DNA of 63,502 bases, filler included, from Reticulomyxa filosa (taxonomy: Eukaryota > Protista > Foraminifera): assembly GCA_000512085.1 (NCBI GenBank). It is 19 parts of 19 records of this genome, joined end to end, with 100 filler letters (N's around TTAATTAATTAA, not from the genome) between each part and the next. Parts side by side here need not be neighbours in the genome. Positions count along the whole stretch, not along the records: positions 49,799 to 60,771 come from ASPP01006241.1; positions 60,872 to 61,872 come from ASPP01035458.1; positions 61,973 to 63,502 come from ASPP01020931.1; 16 more parts are not named here. One strand, 5' to 3'. The first letter of the stretch is position 1. The number at the start of each line of letters is the position of its first letter. Under the pieces are notes generated by a model. That model ran no database searches. It saw only the letters and a program-made list of their open reading frames with translations, and was not told the origin of the DNA. Shown here piece after piece: positions 51,501 through 63,502 of the stretch. The position numbers and the translations under genes were made by a program.

Positions 51501-52457
51501 ATGTCTACAACTGACAACCACAAAATTTGCGTGGATAAGAACCACACTACACAAGAAGATTTGTTTGGGACAATGTATATAACTACATCAATATTATTCG
51601 TACTTCAGTCTGTGGTCCTTGTGTACACGGTCTACCAAGGATTTTGCCGTTCAACTTCAGTCCAAACAGTACTTAGAATTCCACTATTGGTCTATCACAT
51701 AACGTATTGGCTGTATTGTACAATGGTAACTTTTATCTATCTTCCGCTCTTCTTAAGTGACAGTGATGGCCTCAATCGTAGTCGTGTGAGCTGCGTATTC
51801 GAAAAAATGTTGTCCATACCACCTTTTATATATCTATTGACAATGATAATATTTTGGTTCGTACGATTAAATTTGGTGTTTAACAATTCAACTGCATACA
51901 AAGTGAGTAACAAGTTTAATAAAGCTTTTGTAATTGTTATTGTTACAATCATAATCATTTTGGCAATTGTGCAAGGATTTTTTTTTGCTTACCATCCCGA
52001 CTGTCTCTATGCCGTCAAGGTGCTTGATTTTATTCCGACACGTGTTCAGCTTAAGACGAATTATTTCTATTATTGTTTTAGTGGTCAGAGTCAATATGAA
52101 GTAATCTACCATCTCGCAGGAGGCTTAACTGTAACTATATTCAATACTCTATTATCTTATCAATACATCAGTAAGTTTTACAAAGTTACAGCTAATATGG
52201 ATGCCAACTCAATGACTGAGCAAATGTCTTCTGACACTTATTATCGTTTGCATCGAACTGTTGTCATTGCTCTTATCAGTATTTTTAGTACTTTTATTTC
52301 TTTATTAATCCTTACCTTTTCTTTGGTTGGTCTATTTTTAGTTTCTATTGATGGTTTTGTCAATGGTTTACTCATGATCGCCACTTTCGATTTTGGAGAC
52401 TGGTTATGTGCTTGGCTGTTTCGTTGTCGTTACGAGATATTTACTTGTTGCTTTTAG
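51501..52457 (+). CDS. Single-exon seven-transmembrane (GPCR-like) protein
   Basis: 318 aa with about 7 hydrophobic segments, Cys at the start of TM3 and in ECL2, and WFVRL at the end of TM3. Confidence 0.75.
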   Translation: MSTTDNHKICVDKNHTTQEDLFGTMYITTSILFVLQSVVLVYTVYQGFCRSTSVQTVLRIPLLVYHITYWLYCTMVTFIYLPLFLSDSDGLNRSRVSCVFEKMLSIPPFIYLLTMIIFWFVRLNLVFNNSTAYKVSNKFNKAFVIVIVTIIIILAIVQGFFFAYHPDCLYAVKVLDFIPTRVQLKTNYFYYCFSGQSQYEVIYHLAGGLTVTIFNTLLSYQYISKFYKVTANMDANSMTEQMSSDTYYRLHRTVVIALISIFSTFISLLILTFSLVGLFLVSIDGFVNGLLMIATFDFGDWLCAWLFRCRYEIFTCCF

Positions 52458-53241
52458 TACCTTGTTTAAACGCTAGTAACGTGTTAACACAAATTTCTAA
52501 ATAAAAACACTACTGTCAACTTTTTCCAAAAAATCAAATGAGATCAAAATTTTTTAAAAAATTCGAAATAAAGAATAAAAAACAAGAACAATATTTAAGA
52601 TACTTTTAAAAAATTTTGGTCAATAGAGAAATTAAGTATCTCTCTACAATGATATTTCAGGTAGGTGGAATTTTTTATTCTACTGCATAGTCTTATAGTA
52701 AATTTTCATAGTAGCCTTGATTTATTTTTGCTCAACCAGTTATAAATAAAGCAAACTTAAGTGCATATTGCCAATTTGAAAATTTTATTTTAAAAGCTTC
52801 GTCATGAAAAACATTTTTTGCTTAATAAGTCAGGTAATCAACAATTTTTAAGCTCAGCCTTGTGAATAAAAAATTTAGAGTGTTTCGTGGTCTCACAATT
52901 TGATGAAAGAAACTGAAAAGTTAAACTTCCATTTAAAGGTACTGTTTAAACTTGAAAAATTTGTTATAATAAACTTCCATGCCATCAATCTTACATATTA
53001 CAACTGAATTCTAATTTATTTTTCCATCGACATTATTTGATATTGTTTTAAAAAGTTGATATAGTCCTGTATCTTGGTTAAACAAATTCTTTTTTAATAT
53101 ACTAAAAGATTCAAAGATAACAATACATAAAAGAATTTAGATAAACAGATAAAAGTGGTAAGAATCTATACTGTAGTTACTATTTGGTGAGGATGTTGAA
53201 GACACAGTTTGGAAATGTCACAAAAAAAAAAGAGAAGAAAA

Positions 53242-54273
53242 GAGATAAAAATAATATTGGAAAATTGGACAAAGATATTTTCGGTCAGTTTGGGATGGAT
53301 TGATGAATTCAATACGCTTGTTGCTGGATATGCTCAAATTATATTTTTTTAATGGCAATTGCTGCTTCCTTTGATTTTTTGTTTCAGCTAAAAAAACTTA
53401 ACTAGGTTAAATACTTTAATCCATTAAGGATTATTGAAGGATAATTCTTTCGTACAAAGCGTTAATCTGTCATTAGATAGAGCCAAAATTGTGTCTTCAT
53501 CTAATTATGACCGTATCCAAATATGAGATATGTCCGGAAAGGTAATTCAAGTATTGCCAACATCATGGATGCATAACGTACTGTTTTAACCAGATGGAGA
53601 TAAGACTGTGTCATGCTCAGAGGACCGCTTAACCCAATTATGGAAAGTAAGTACAGTAGAAGAAATAAGACGTTTAAATACGAATTCAAGTATGTGACAA
53701 GTGCTCGATTTTCACTAGATGGAAAGGTTATTGTATCAAGCTGTGGAGATAATATAATCCAATTATAGGATGTATACACTGGGCGAGAAATAAAAACGAT
53801 GCAAGGACATTCACCCTTGATAACGATGCAAAATTTTCACCAGACGGTCAAAGAATTGTATTAGCATCAGAGGATAATACAATTATTGTGTGGAATGTGA
53901 AAACATGTGAAAAAGAAAAAGAATTAATAGGCCATTTAAATGTAGTATTGAAAGCAGAGTTTTCTCCAGATTGCATCCTGTTCAGGGGATGAAACTATCC
54001 GCATTTGGGATATATCATCAAGCAAAGAAATAACAAAATTACTTGGCCATTCAGATTATGTGACTGATTTGAAATATTCACAGATGGTGAAACTATTATT
54101 TCGTGTTCAAATGATAAAACTATCCGAATATGGACGTAAGAATCGGAGAAGAAATACAAAAATTGGAAGGACATTCTGACGCTGTAACAGCAGTTGATAT
54201 TTCACAAGATGGTACTATTATTGTTTCTTCTTCTTGGGACAATACAATTCGATTATGTGAAGCAGAACTATGA
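53242..54273 (+). pseudogene. WD40 pseudogene (FSPDG-type) with degenerate cassette exon
   Basis: EIKIILENWTKIFSVSLGWIDEFNTLVAGY at 53242-53331, then WD repeats with multiple stops and frameshifts, ending in [28 protein letters not shown]. Confidence 0.88.
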
Positions 54274-54474
54274 ATAAAGTAACTTTTAATGTGCAATATC
54301 ACAAACCGAATTTTGTTTTTTTGAATTAATTGCAACTATCTGGTTTTTGTAACTGCTTTAATCGTCAACAGATCTTTTGATCTTTTTTGAGCATGGTTTA
54401 ACAAAAAAACCAATAATCTCCTTAAGATTGTAGAGTGGCTCTTTTAAAAAGGGCACTAAATAGTTCAATATCTA

Positions 54475-55532
54475 ATGTCTTCCTCAACAGACTTTTATAA
54501 AGTTGCATTAGTGACTGGTGCCTCTCAGGGCATAGGACAAGCCTTATGCGAGCACCTTTTAAGCGAAAACTGGAAGGTTATAATGGTGGCCCGTTCAATT
54601 GAGAACTTGAAAGCAATACAGTCACGTGCGAACAAACCAGAAAACTGTGTGGTTATTGGGTGTGATTTGAGTGATGAGCAGAGTACAATGAAGTGTATCC
54701 AAGAGATACTAAACTTGAAACTGACAATTCATTTGCTCGTTAACAACGCAGGAACAGCCCAGGTCGCAAAAGCCTCATTGCAGACATGTGACTTGGAGTC
54801 TTGGAACTGGCATCATAACTTGTTATTGAAATCACCTTATTTGTTGACAAAGCATTTGTTTCCATTGTTTAGTCGCCGAAATATTGAAAAATCAAAGACG
54901 CAACAAACCTCTACCAATGGTACAGACACTGGAGACTACACTAGTATCGTCAACATTGGAAGCATTCACGGCATACAGGCTCTTCCGTCAATGATGGCAT
55001 ATTCTGTAAACAAAGCAGGACTGGCACATTTGACCAGATTGAATGCTGTGGCACTGGGTAAATATGGAATTCGTGTCAACTGCATTCAGTTAATTCATTG
55101 CATCAAAATATTTTATTTGCGAAGAGGGAAAGAACAAAAAAAAAAAACGTATACACAAATTTGTAACTTCATGAGTTAATATGTGCTTCTTTGATCGTAA
55201 AGGCCGGGCTATGTATATCACGACGGAATGCGCGATAAATTGGTGAAGGAAGGCGGAATAAAAGAGAAAGACTTAGTTGGTATGAACTCGATCATTGCGG
55301 ATAAATACTATCCCATTGGCAGACTTGGAACTGTCGATGACATTATCGAATATATCATGTTTTTAAGTGATTCCAAAAAGTCAGGCTGGATTACAGGTAG
55401 TATATCTATCTATTTATTTGATTCTCTTTAAACCCCCTTTTAATGAGACATATATGTTGAAAAGGTGAATGTTCTGTATTGGATGGTGGACACACAACCG
55501 CTATGAACTTTCCTAATCTTTCGAAAATTTAA
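54475..55532 (+). CDS. Classical short-chain dehydrogenase/reductase (3 exons)
   Basis: TGASQGIG, NNAG, IVNIGS, YSVNK, GIRVNCI/PG, PIGRLG, WITG/ECSVLDGG. Confidence 0.93.
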
Positions 55533-55830
55533 GGCAAACCAATGACTCTTGTTTTTATTGAAAAAATTGCTTTGTTTATTCAAATTGCCAATGTCAATTT
55601 CTTGACTTGTTTTGCAGCATTCACGCATTTTTTAGTTTTCACTGTACAAAGAGAACCTAAGTTGTTACAAAAACAAAATTTCTTCATTTCTTGCCAAAAG
55701 CTATGATTAAAAAAAATGGAATAACCACAGAATCAGGAATTTTTGAAATTGTTTTAATTTAAAAAACAATATAACATAGCTGAAAATTTAAAGCTGTTAG
55801 ACTTGAACGGGGTCCAAACCAATCTTAGCA

Positions 55831-57759
55831 ATGGAGCACTCAGTCCCATCTGTTGAGACAAAATCCCAAGACACAACAAAAGGTGATAATACCGCCTCGA
55901 CTGATACCACAAATGAATCAGTTGACTGGCAATCCATTTCGATAGCGCTTATTGGCAACATTTACGGTAAAAAAGGACAAATACCTCGAACTTGCACGGC
56001 ACAAAACAAATGAATGTGTTTGAATGAAATTATAGAATTTTATGACTGGGGTTTATTGGGATATTTTGCGTCAGGTCATAGGAACAAATATTTGGTCGAT
56101 ATTATTTGTTTGTTTTTATGTTTATTTTTTTGTTGGGTCATATATAACAATTGGGCAACAATTAAAAAAAATACGAATGATTCAGAAGTGGGAAATGCAT
56201 TGTACCCAAAGGCAAGTGATAGCGTTCATGCAATAGAAGTATATGCAGTGTATGCAATTGGTTTCTTCTTTCGACCTTTGGGTGGCATCGTGTTTGGATA
56301 TATAGGTGCGTTTTTTCTTTTTTTTAAAAAATTATCACTATTTTTTTTTGTGGGAAAAAAAGGTGATACTGTGGGTCGACAAGTGGCATTACGTCTTTCA
56401 ATATCATTAATGGGTGTGGCAACATTTTTAACGGGATGTATTCCCAGTTACAATACCATCGGTTGGTTTGCACCATGTTTATTAATTGGTCTGCGATTGT
56501 TTCAAGCGGTATGCACCGGTGGAGAGTGTAGTAGTGCGACTATTTATGTTTATGAATTGGCTCCAAAGGGCAAAAAGCCTTTTGCATGGGTCTCCTTTCG
56601 TTGTCGATGGTCGGGTCCTTGTGTGCGTCACTTGCACATGGCATTGTATACGAAAGCTGTAGTGGAGATGAGGACTTCATGAATACGTGGGGATGGAGAA
56701 TACCTTTTTGGCTTGGAATTGGTCTTATTCTTGTTGGTATGTGCAAATGTGCAAGGATACATGCATACATTTTCTTTACATTAATTGCATTTTTTGTTTT
56801 GCTTTTCCTACCTCTCTTCATCATCTTAGGCTTATCAGCTGAAAATATGAAGTCCACACCACACTTTGACGCAATGGAAAACCATGCAATCACAGAAAAC
56901 CCCCTTATCCACGTGTGGAAATATAACAAAAGATTGGTTTGGTGCTTGGTATTTGGAAGTTCTTTCAACATGGAGGCGGATATTTGCTGTATGCATTTTT
57001 AAGTGATTACATGTTTAGTGAGGATATGCATGGGTGGAGTGATCACTATGCATACTTTATAACTGCCATTAATATCCTTTTCGTATTACCCACGATCTTA
57101 TTTGTGGCTAGGTCAGTAGATGTCTATTTTCATGGCAATTCAAAGCCTCTTATGATCATTCTACCTTTGATCACCATGCTCACGGGGCCTTTTCTGTTTT
57201 ATTTCCTGGCTGTCAGCAAGTCTCCATGGACCGACTGGTTTTTTCAAGTTATTCTACCTTCATAGTTTGTGTATGTATCTCAATTTCCAATCGGTTGAGG
57301 AAAGGCGAAAAACACTTACATTAAATCCAGTAATGGAATAGAGAATTTTTTTGCATATATGAATCACAGTTTACATTGGCTCAGCAAAATGGTATGCTGA
57401 CTGGTGTATGTTATTATTGGTATATTACGATGCTAGATGATTATCGTACTCGCGTGAGTGTATATGGGGTGGGACATAATCTGGGGGCTGCTTTTTTCAG
57501 TGGAACGTCTACATTTATTGCCGCTTTGTTTGTAGATTGGCGAGGCAACGCTTGGGGCATGATTTTGGCCGGATTTTGGCTCAGTATCTTGGCTTTAATC
57601 ACTTTGTGCACTGTCATTTATTTTGAACTCTATCTTCGAAAAGAAGTAACCTCACTCACTTTGCACAAAAGTAGCTTCACAAATGGTGGGAAATTGGACA
57701 GCTCACCCTTGCAGAACGCTGAAGATGACGAAGCTGGTGAACTGAATTCTTTATTGTAA
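55831..57759 (+). CDS. MFS transporter, metabolite:H+ symporter (ProP/CitA-like) family; multi-exon; one apparent frameshift near 56577
   Basis: GNIYEFYDW, FFFRPLGGIVFGYIGD.VGR, LRLFQA...GGE, WGWRIPF. Confidence 0.9.
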
Positions 57760-58152
57760 TTTTTGATAATATTTTAATTAAAGAGATCCTAACTTCCATT
57801 TTTTAATTCTGCTCACGTGTTTGACAAGTTATGTACGTTTGGTGCTTCTGAAAGTTGACAAACATGTTGGTGATTGAGTGCTTGCAGTTAACGTTCAACG
57901 TGCTTTGGATATGGACGGTAAACTTTTGAAAATTGATGTCGATCTTTATTGAGTATTAAATATTATTTTTGAAAAACAAACGAAATATAATACTGATGCA
58001 AATTCTTTTCTTTGCTTCATAATGTAACACTTCACAATGAGTTTGTTCAAATGTTTTGCTATCTATTATTCTACATTTTTTTTTGAAGCTGGTGCCAGTT
58101 GGTACTTCATATTTACACTTACTATCTATCAGTCATGACATGAGCGCTTTTT

Positions 58153-58278
58153 TAGTATATCTTTATTGAAAAGAACTGAAGTAAAAATAATTTTATAGAT
58201 GCATAGAACAAATCACAGACTATCTTCATCTATGTTGTACTATCTTATCTCTTGCATTTATTTGAAAGGTTACACATT
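58153..58278. repeat. Left terminal inverted repeat (partner at about 58981-59112)
   Basis: gaacaaatcacagactatctt..tctatgttgtactatcttatctcttg is the reverse complement of caagagataagatagtacaacataga..aagatagtctgtgatttgttc. Confidence 0.9.
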
Positions 58279-59112
58279 AAATTTTTTTAGCTCGCTTTTA
58301 CAGTATGTCTTTTTTTTTGTAACAAAAATTTTTTTATTAAATATATATCAAACTGTAAAGAAAAGATAATACATTTAACAAACGTTTACATTTGTGTTTA
58401 AAAGAAGCTTTTATGTGTAATTTACAACTCAGTGGCGTCGCACTTGGCCTTTATCAAAGTATGAATGCGCTTAGGCATTGAAACAATAAGCATATCATAT
58501 TTAATCGAGTACAATTGCTTGCTAAACTAATCAAAAGCTAATCTTTGTTAGAAAATAGTCTATTTTTGTAAGTACGGCACTTGGTAATCCACCAAAAGTT
58601 CTTAATTGGACTCAGATCTGGACTATTGGCAGGAAACTCAATAACCTTTATCTATTTTCTCGAAGTCAGTTCATAGTTGACCTTGATTTGTGGCAGGAGA
58701 CGTTATCTTGTCGAAACAGCAAATCATGACCTTCAACGCATGATTTCACACTTTTCAGCATTTCGTCAAGCCAACTGTTTGTCACTTTTCGCATAGAATT
58801 TCAATAAAAGCTATTCCCTTTGTAAACTAATCAAAGAGCTTCCACATAACAACCTTTACTTTCTTCTGTGTTTATTATGCGTTAAATCTTTAATATTAGT
58901 CAGTATAATTCATTTTAAACTTTTTTTGTTTGGTAAGATAGTTTTTTAACATTGAATTTTTCAAACCCATGAGGAAAAAGAATGATGCAGAACTTTTAAA
59001 TAAACTCAAGAGATAAGATAGTACAACATAGAGGAAAGATAGTCTGTGATTTGTTCTTTGTACCTACAAAATTATTTTTACTTTAGCTGTGGTCCAATAG
59101 GACATTGCACTA
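58153..59112 (-). mobile_element. Tc1/mariner (IS630-Tc1) DNA transposon remnant, internally deleted
   Basis: Minus-strand fragments LFRQDNVSCHKS, FPANSPDLSPIKNFW and SMPKRI..LIKAK, flanked by long inverted repeats. Confidence 0.88.
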
Positions 59113-60285
59113 AATAATACAAAAGAAAAAAAGTATAATAAAAAAAATTATTTCAAATAATTTTTCCAGTTGTAACAAAGAATTTCACAAGTTCTTCAGG
59201 TTCGCGTGTCTTGTTTACAATCACAAACTTCTCAAGCTTGATTTAAAAAAAAATTCTGCTCCATTTATAACCATTTTCAACTTAACTGAAAAAAGTTGTT
59301 TTTTGAAGGGAATTTGAGTTTGAAACTTCATTATCTTTGGATATTTGAAGTTCATTTTGAAAATTAGTGATTGAGAATTTTGAACAATTTAGATTGAGAT
59401 TGAAAAGAAACATTGACAATTGGATGCAATATATTGATCATATTGTATTGGATAACACAGAGACATTGGACAAAGCAGTTGAATCTTGGATCAAATGTGT
59501 TGAGGCAATCATTGGTATTTTTTTTTAGATTGGTTGTAGTGGGGCATGTCAAGTGTTGGACTACTCTATCGCTTCGTCTTCAGCTTGCACTTCTTTTTGC
59601 ACTATCTACCTGCACAAACTCAGGTCTTTCAAGTTAAAAGAGCACATCTTTCTAGAAATAGAACACAGTACTCAAAAGAAAACAAAAGAACATCACAAAA
59701 TCTTCACACCAATAGTGACGTAAGTCTTGATATTTCAAACATTCCATTAAGAAATGTTCGACAGAAATCCAACTTTGACAGTGATCAGCCGACAAATGAT
59801 CTTGCGTTCACTAAATGTCAATGAATGCATAACAATCTTCTCAAATGATTGTGCTTCCATCAGATTAGATATGAAATATCGGGGCACCAAATATTTTGGA
59901 TTATACAATCTTTCGAATATCCAATGTCTGTTCCATTGCTATGTGAAATAGTGATTCAATCTATGATTATTCAGGAATGCCGCTGGTCTGTATTGTGGGA
60001 TCAAATCTGGTTGCAATTGCAAAAAAAAAAAAAAAATTTTATATATCGTAATCATCATGATCATCGCGCAAGTATCTCGCAAAATAAAGTTGAAAGACCA
60101 GAGATATCTAGAGATATATCGAAAAACCAGTTCGTTTCAAGACAACAAGAATTCTCAAAACAAAATCAGAAAAAAAAAAATTTTTTTTTACTAGTAAAAT
60201 TAATTTTTTATCGTGATAAAATTTTTTTTTATAGTAGTTGGATTTTTGTGACATTGTTAGTATGGAGTTGTTTTCACCTTTTTTT

Positions 60286-60771
60286 CCCTTTTGGCAACGT
60301 TTTGTTCGACGCCTTCGGGAAATTGGCAATCGATGCGAATATCAGTCTTTTGTTTTTGGCAGAACTCCGAGGGTCGAGCAATTTCTACTGAACATCGGGC
60401 AAAACCGAAACCCACTCGCTGATACAAGGCTTGTGAAGGCGATCCGGACGGTCGAAGCAAGGTGTCTTTATCCCAATCGGCTCTACTGCAAGCCATGATG
60501 GAAAACAAAGAACTGTAAGAAAGCCAAGATGTGATATTTATCGCAAGACGTTTGCTGCCAAACAAAAGAAGAAACGTGAAGAAGTGACAAATCCTGAAGT
60601 GAATAGATATGTCCTGCTTTGTAGTGTATCAATTCACGAAAGTAAAATGAAATTAAAGAAACATTGGAGGATTATGGATATCAAGTCCAAAGGTGAAACG
60701 ATTCCATAAGATGCCAATGGTAAAAGTGACGCTATCCAAGACTGAAGATGTCATTAAGATACTGAAAGACA
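60286..60771 (+). mobile_element. Second copy of the LINE-like 5' leader and ORF1 fragment, with internal deletion
   Basis: Aligns by eye with about 44231-44489, then jumps to about 45170-45400 (NPEVNRY.LL..VS). Confidence 0.82.
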
Positions 60772-61643
60772 NNNNNNNNNNNNNNNNNNNNNNNNNNNNN
60801 NNNNNNNNNNNNNNNTTAATTAATTAANNNNNNNNNNNNNNNNNNNNNNNNNNNNNNNNNNNNNNNNNNNNAATTATGCAAATTAAGTGCTCAATGAAAT
60901 GGAGCAATGTCAATGAAAAAGAAAATGTTTAAATGATTTTTGGTGGTTTTTGTGTGTCAGTTATTACATTAGTAAATTTGGCATATGACAACTTATGTAT
61001 TGGGAATCACATTAGCTAAATTTATAAGTATACGGTATTCACAATTTTTTTGCATTGTTTTTGTTAAATATGTTTTGCTATGCAGCAATTAGTTCGAGTA
61101 ATGTAGAAAATTTTTAACATGATACATATCTCGGATGAATACATGGCCAGTTTTCTCCTCTTTGATGAACACTCTTTTTTTCAAACTAACAAATGTTTGC
61201 AATTTTTTTAAAATAAAAAAATATGTTCAAAATTTCATATCAGATATATTAATGAAAAATAGTTAATTTTTCATAGAAGAAATTTCAAATGTTTAGATTC
61301 ATTGAATTTGAAATATTTTGCTTTCATCTTAATTGAGAGATTTTTTCATACCATATTTGATAGAAAGTGATTTCAATACCTTATGAGAACAGTTTTTTTG
61401 CCTCCATTACATCTTTTTAGCAAATATTTTTTAAATATTTTATTTGAAAAGAATTTATTCTTTTCTTTCAATATGAAACAAATTTGAAGAAATGAATTTT
61501 AAAACAGTTTTAGAAGTATGATTATTTGTTGAAAATAAAAATATTCTATCATTTCCAAGTGAATTGTCAATTTTTCGTATCCAAATATTCGTTCAGAAAA
61601 AAGGGACTGTCAGAACACTTCAACAAAAAAAAGCAAATCTGAC

Positions 61644-61872
61644 ATGTCTACTCAACTCAACAACAACATTCAAACTTTGCCTGACTTACCCAAGCCATTC
61701 AGGAATTCACAATGTCTTTTGTTCAAGGATGAACTCCTTGTTTGTGGAGGCTTTCAAACTAACGACTGTTATTCCTATCATACTCTGAAAAAACAATACA
61801 AATACATCTGCTCTTATCCTAATGATGTCCAAATGGATGGACATTGTGTCGTACAATTGATCCATTCACAAA
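61644..61872 (+). CDS. Kelch-like propeller protein N-terminus, truncated
   Basis: LPDLPKPFRNSQCLLFKDELLVCGG...CYSYH...YKYICSYP...GHCVV; paralog of 15848 and 25907. Confidence 0.88.
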
Positions 61873-62000
61873 NNNNNNNNNNNNNNNNNNNNNNNNNNNN
61901 NNNNNNNNNNNNNNNNTTAATTAATTAANNNNNNNNNNNNNNNNNNNNNNNNNNNNNNNNNNNNNNNNNNNNATATGTATATATATATATATATATATAT

Positions 62001-63350
62001 TTAATATATTAAGTGTGTGATTGAATACCGTTGCTTGATTTTGTCATCGGCATCTGTCGAGCGCAATCGTTTTCGACTTTTCTTTCCCTTTTCGTGGACG
62101 CGTTGTGCGACTCGTTGTTTCTTGGCGGACCCATCAGTTGTGCCGGAAGGCTCTCGATTGCCAGCGTCAGCGCTGCTGATGGAGTGTGTACTTGGGCTGA
62201 CATCGGTGGTGTCCATTTGATTGGAGGTCCTGTCTCGCTCGCTCCGACTGCGACTGACACTTGTGCTGCTGCTATGAAAGTTGTGTCCAACATCGTGACT
62301 GTAACTGTCGGCGGCGGCGGCGGTGGCGGTGGCGGCGGTGGCAGAGGCGGAGATGGCAGAGGTGGAGGTGGTGGCGGTGGCGACAACGACGTCCGAGTGG
62401 TGATGGGTCTCATGCCTTTGATAGCGATATCTACCAAAGGTCGCACCTTGGTTTCTGGTGACATTCTTCACGTCCTGTCGCACATTGCCAGGCGTGGGCC
62501 TGGTGTAGTCAAAGTCTCTTTCTGTCCTCCTTTCTCGACCTCTGTCTCTGCTGTCCCGATCTCGATCGCGGTCTCCTCGCTCTCGATCGCGATCTCTTTG
62601 ATCTCGGTCTCGATCACGGTCACGGTCACGGTCACGGTCACGATCACGATCACGGTCACGATCGCGCTCTCTCTCTCGATCGCGATCTCCTCGATCTCGA
62701 TCTCGATCTCGATCGCGGTCGCACTCCCAGTCCTTTTCTCGCTCGCGCTCTCTTTCCTTTTCTCTGTCAGGTAGTCGGTTGTGGCCAAAGCTATCAGTGT
62801 AGCTACGACTGCGGCTACGACTTTGACTTTGATTTTGACTTTGATTTGAATTTTGATGTTGGCTTTGGTTTTGACTTTGATTTTGGTTTTGACTTTGATT
62901 TTGACTTTGACTTTGGTTTTGACTTTGGTTTTGATTTAGATTTCGACTACCGCTTCGACTACGCGTCCGACTTCGCTGTCGCGAATGGTAGGCATAGCTG
63001 TGATCGCGATTGGAATAGCCCCAGGGACCTGGCTTGTCTTGATTTGTATACGTGTTGTGATTGTGGTTATGGTTGTGGTTGTTATTATGATTGTGACTCC
63101 GGTCTTTGTCTTTCCAGGGGTCCGCGAATGAATGGTACTTTTCTTCACTGTCTCCAAATCTCGGCGCCTGCAGGTTTACCACCCGCCCGAAAGATGACCG
63201 TCTCGTCAACTCCTGGAATGGCACGTGCTTCGTCCGATCGAACATTGCCGCGTTGATCTGCACCAGTGCTTCGTCAACGGACTTGTTGTTGTACCCCGCG
63301 ATTTTCACGTTCCAAGTCTTATTTCCGTCCTTTTGGAGGAGAGGGACAAC
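62001..63350 (-). CDS. Internal exon of an RS/RD/RE-rich low-complexity protein, probably RNA-associated
   Basis: Long ORF with (RD)n, RSRS and (QNQS)n tracts. The N-terminal VKIAG....VDEALVQI resembles the end of a KH domain. Confidence 0.6.
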   Translation of the reverse strand, partial: VVPLLQKDGNKTWNVKIAGYNNKSVDEALVQINAAMFDRTKHVPFQELTRRSSFGRVVNLQAPRFGDSEEKYHSFADPWKDKDRSHNHNNNHNHNHNHNTYTNQDKPGPWGYSNRDHSYAYHSRQRSRTRSRSGSRNLNQNQSQNQSQSQNQSQNQNQSQNQSQHQNSNQSQNQSQSRSRSRSYTDSFGHNRLPDREKEREREREKDWECDRDRDRDRDRGDRDRERERDRDRDRDRDRDRDRDRDRDRDQRDRDRERGDRDRDRDSRDRGRERRTERDFDYTRPTPGNVRQDVKNVTRNQGATFGRYRYQRHETHHHSDVVVATATTSTSAISASATAATATAAAADSYSHDVGHNFHSSSTSVSRSRSERDRTSNQMDTTDVSPSTHSISSADAGNREPSGTTDGSAKKQRVAQRVHEKGKKSRKRLRSTDADDKIKQRYSITHLIY

Positions 63351-63426
63351 ATTGACCAAACAAAAACATTGTCTGACTCATTGCAGCTAAACCATTGAAA
63401 GTAATAAACTAACTAACTAAATAAGC

Positions 63427-63470
<44 letters not shown>

Positions 63471-63502
63471 ATAATAAAAATAGAAAATAACTTCTCCAGT
63501 CG

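Noticed and set aside
53400-54273. Stop-codon reassignment explaining in-frame stops
   Set aside because: Stops co-occur with frameshifts, and intact genes in the window end at TAA, TAG and TGA normally.
2269-61972. Recurring TTAATTAATTAA as a biological repeat or CRISPR-like array
   Set aside because: Always centred in N44 padding; it is an artificial join. No gene-neighbourhood inference is valid across it.

Overview
This window is not one locus. It is a concatenation of 19 unrelated contigs joined by an artificial 100-nt spacer (N44-TTAATTAATTAA-N44). Seventeen contigs are AT-rich, short-intron eukaryotic DNA. Their gene families (expanded WD40, Kelch-like and TPR repeat genes, TRAF/RING zinc fingers, many pseudogenes) look like the foraminiferan Reticulomyxa filosa or a close relative; this is an inference from recognition, not a search. 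Two contigs are GC-rich proteobacterial DNA, probably from co-sequenced bacteria: cheV-cheY-cheZ (4490-6455) and btuB with a cobalamin riboswitch (33573-34748). Recognisable eukaryotic genes are FAM76-like, site-1 protease, dispanin/IFITM, UPF2, a Cid1/GLD-2-family nucleotidyltransferase, a RING protein, a RING/TRAF-TM-TPR protein, a 7TM protein, an SDR and an MHS-type MFS transporter. Remnants of a Tc1/mariner and of a non-LTR retrotransposon are also present. The most striking signal is a 33-34-codon cassette exon (consensus EIxxIIQHWxRxLxIxLGWIxxFDKIIxxY) with phase-0 splice sites, found five times. It lies N-terminal to two different WD40 subfamilies, C-terminal to a Kelch propeller, and at the junction of a Kelch-WD40 fusion, which suggests an exon-shuffled adaptor module for a beta-propeller repertoire. 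All splice models are read by eye.
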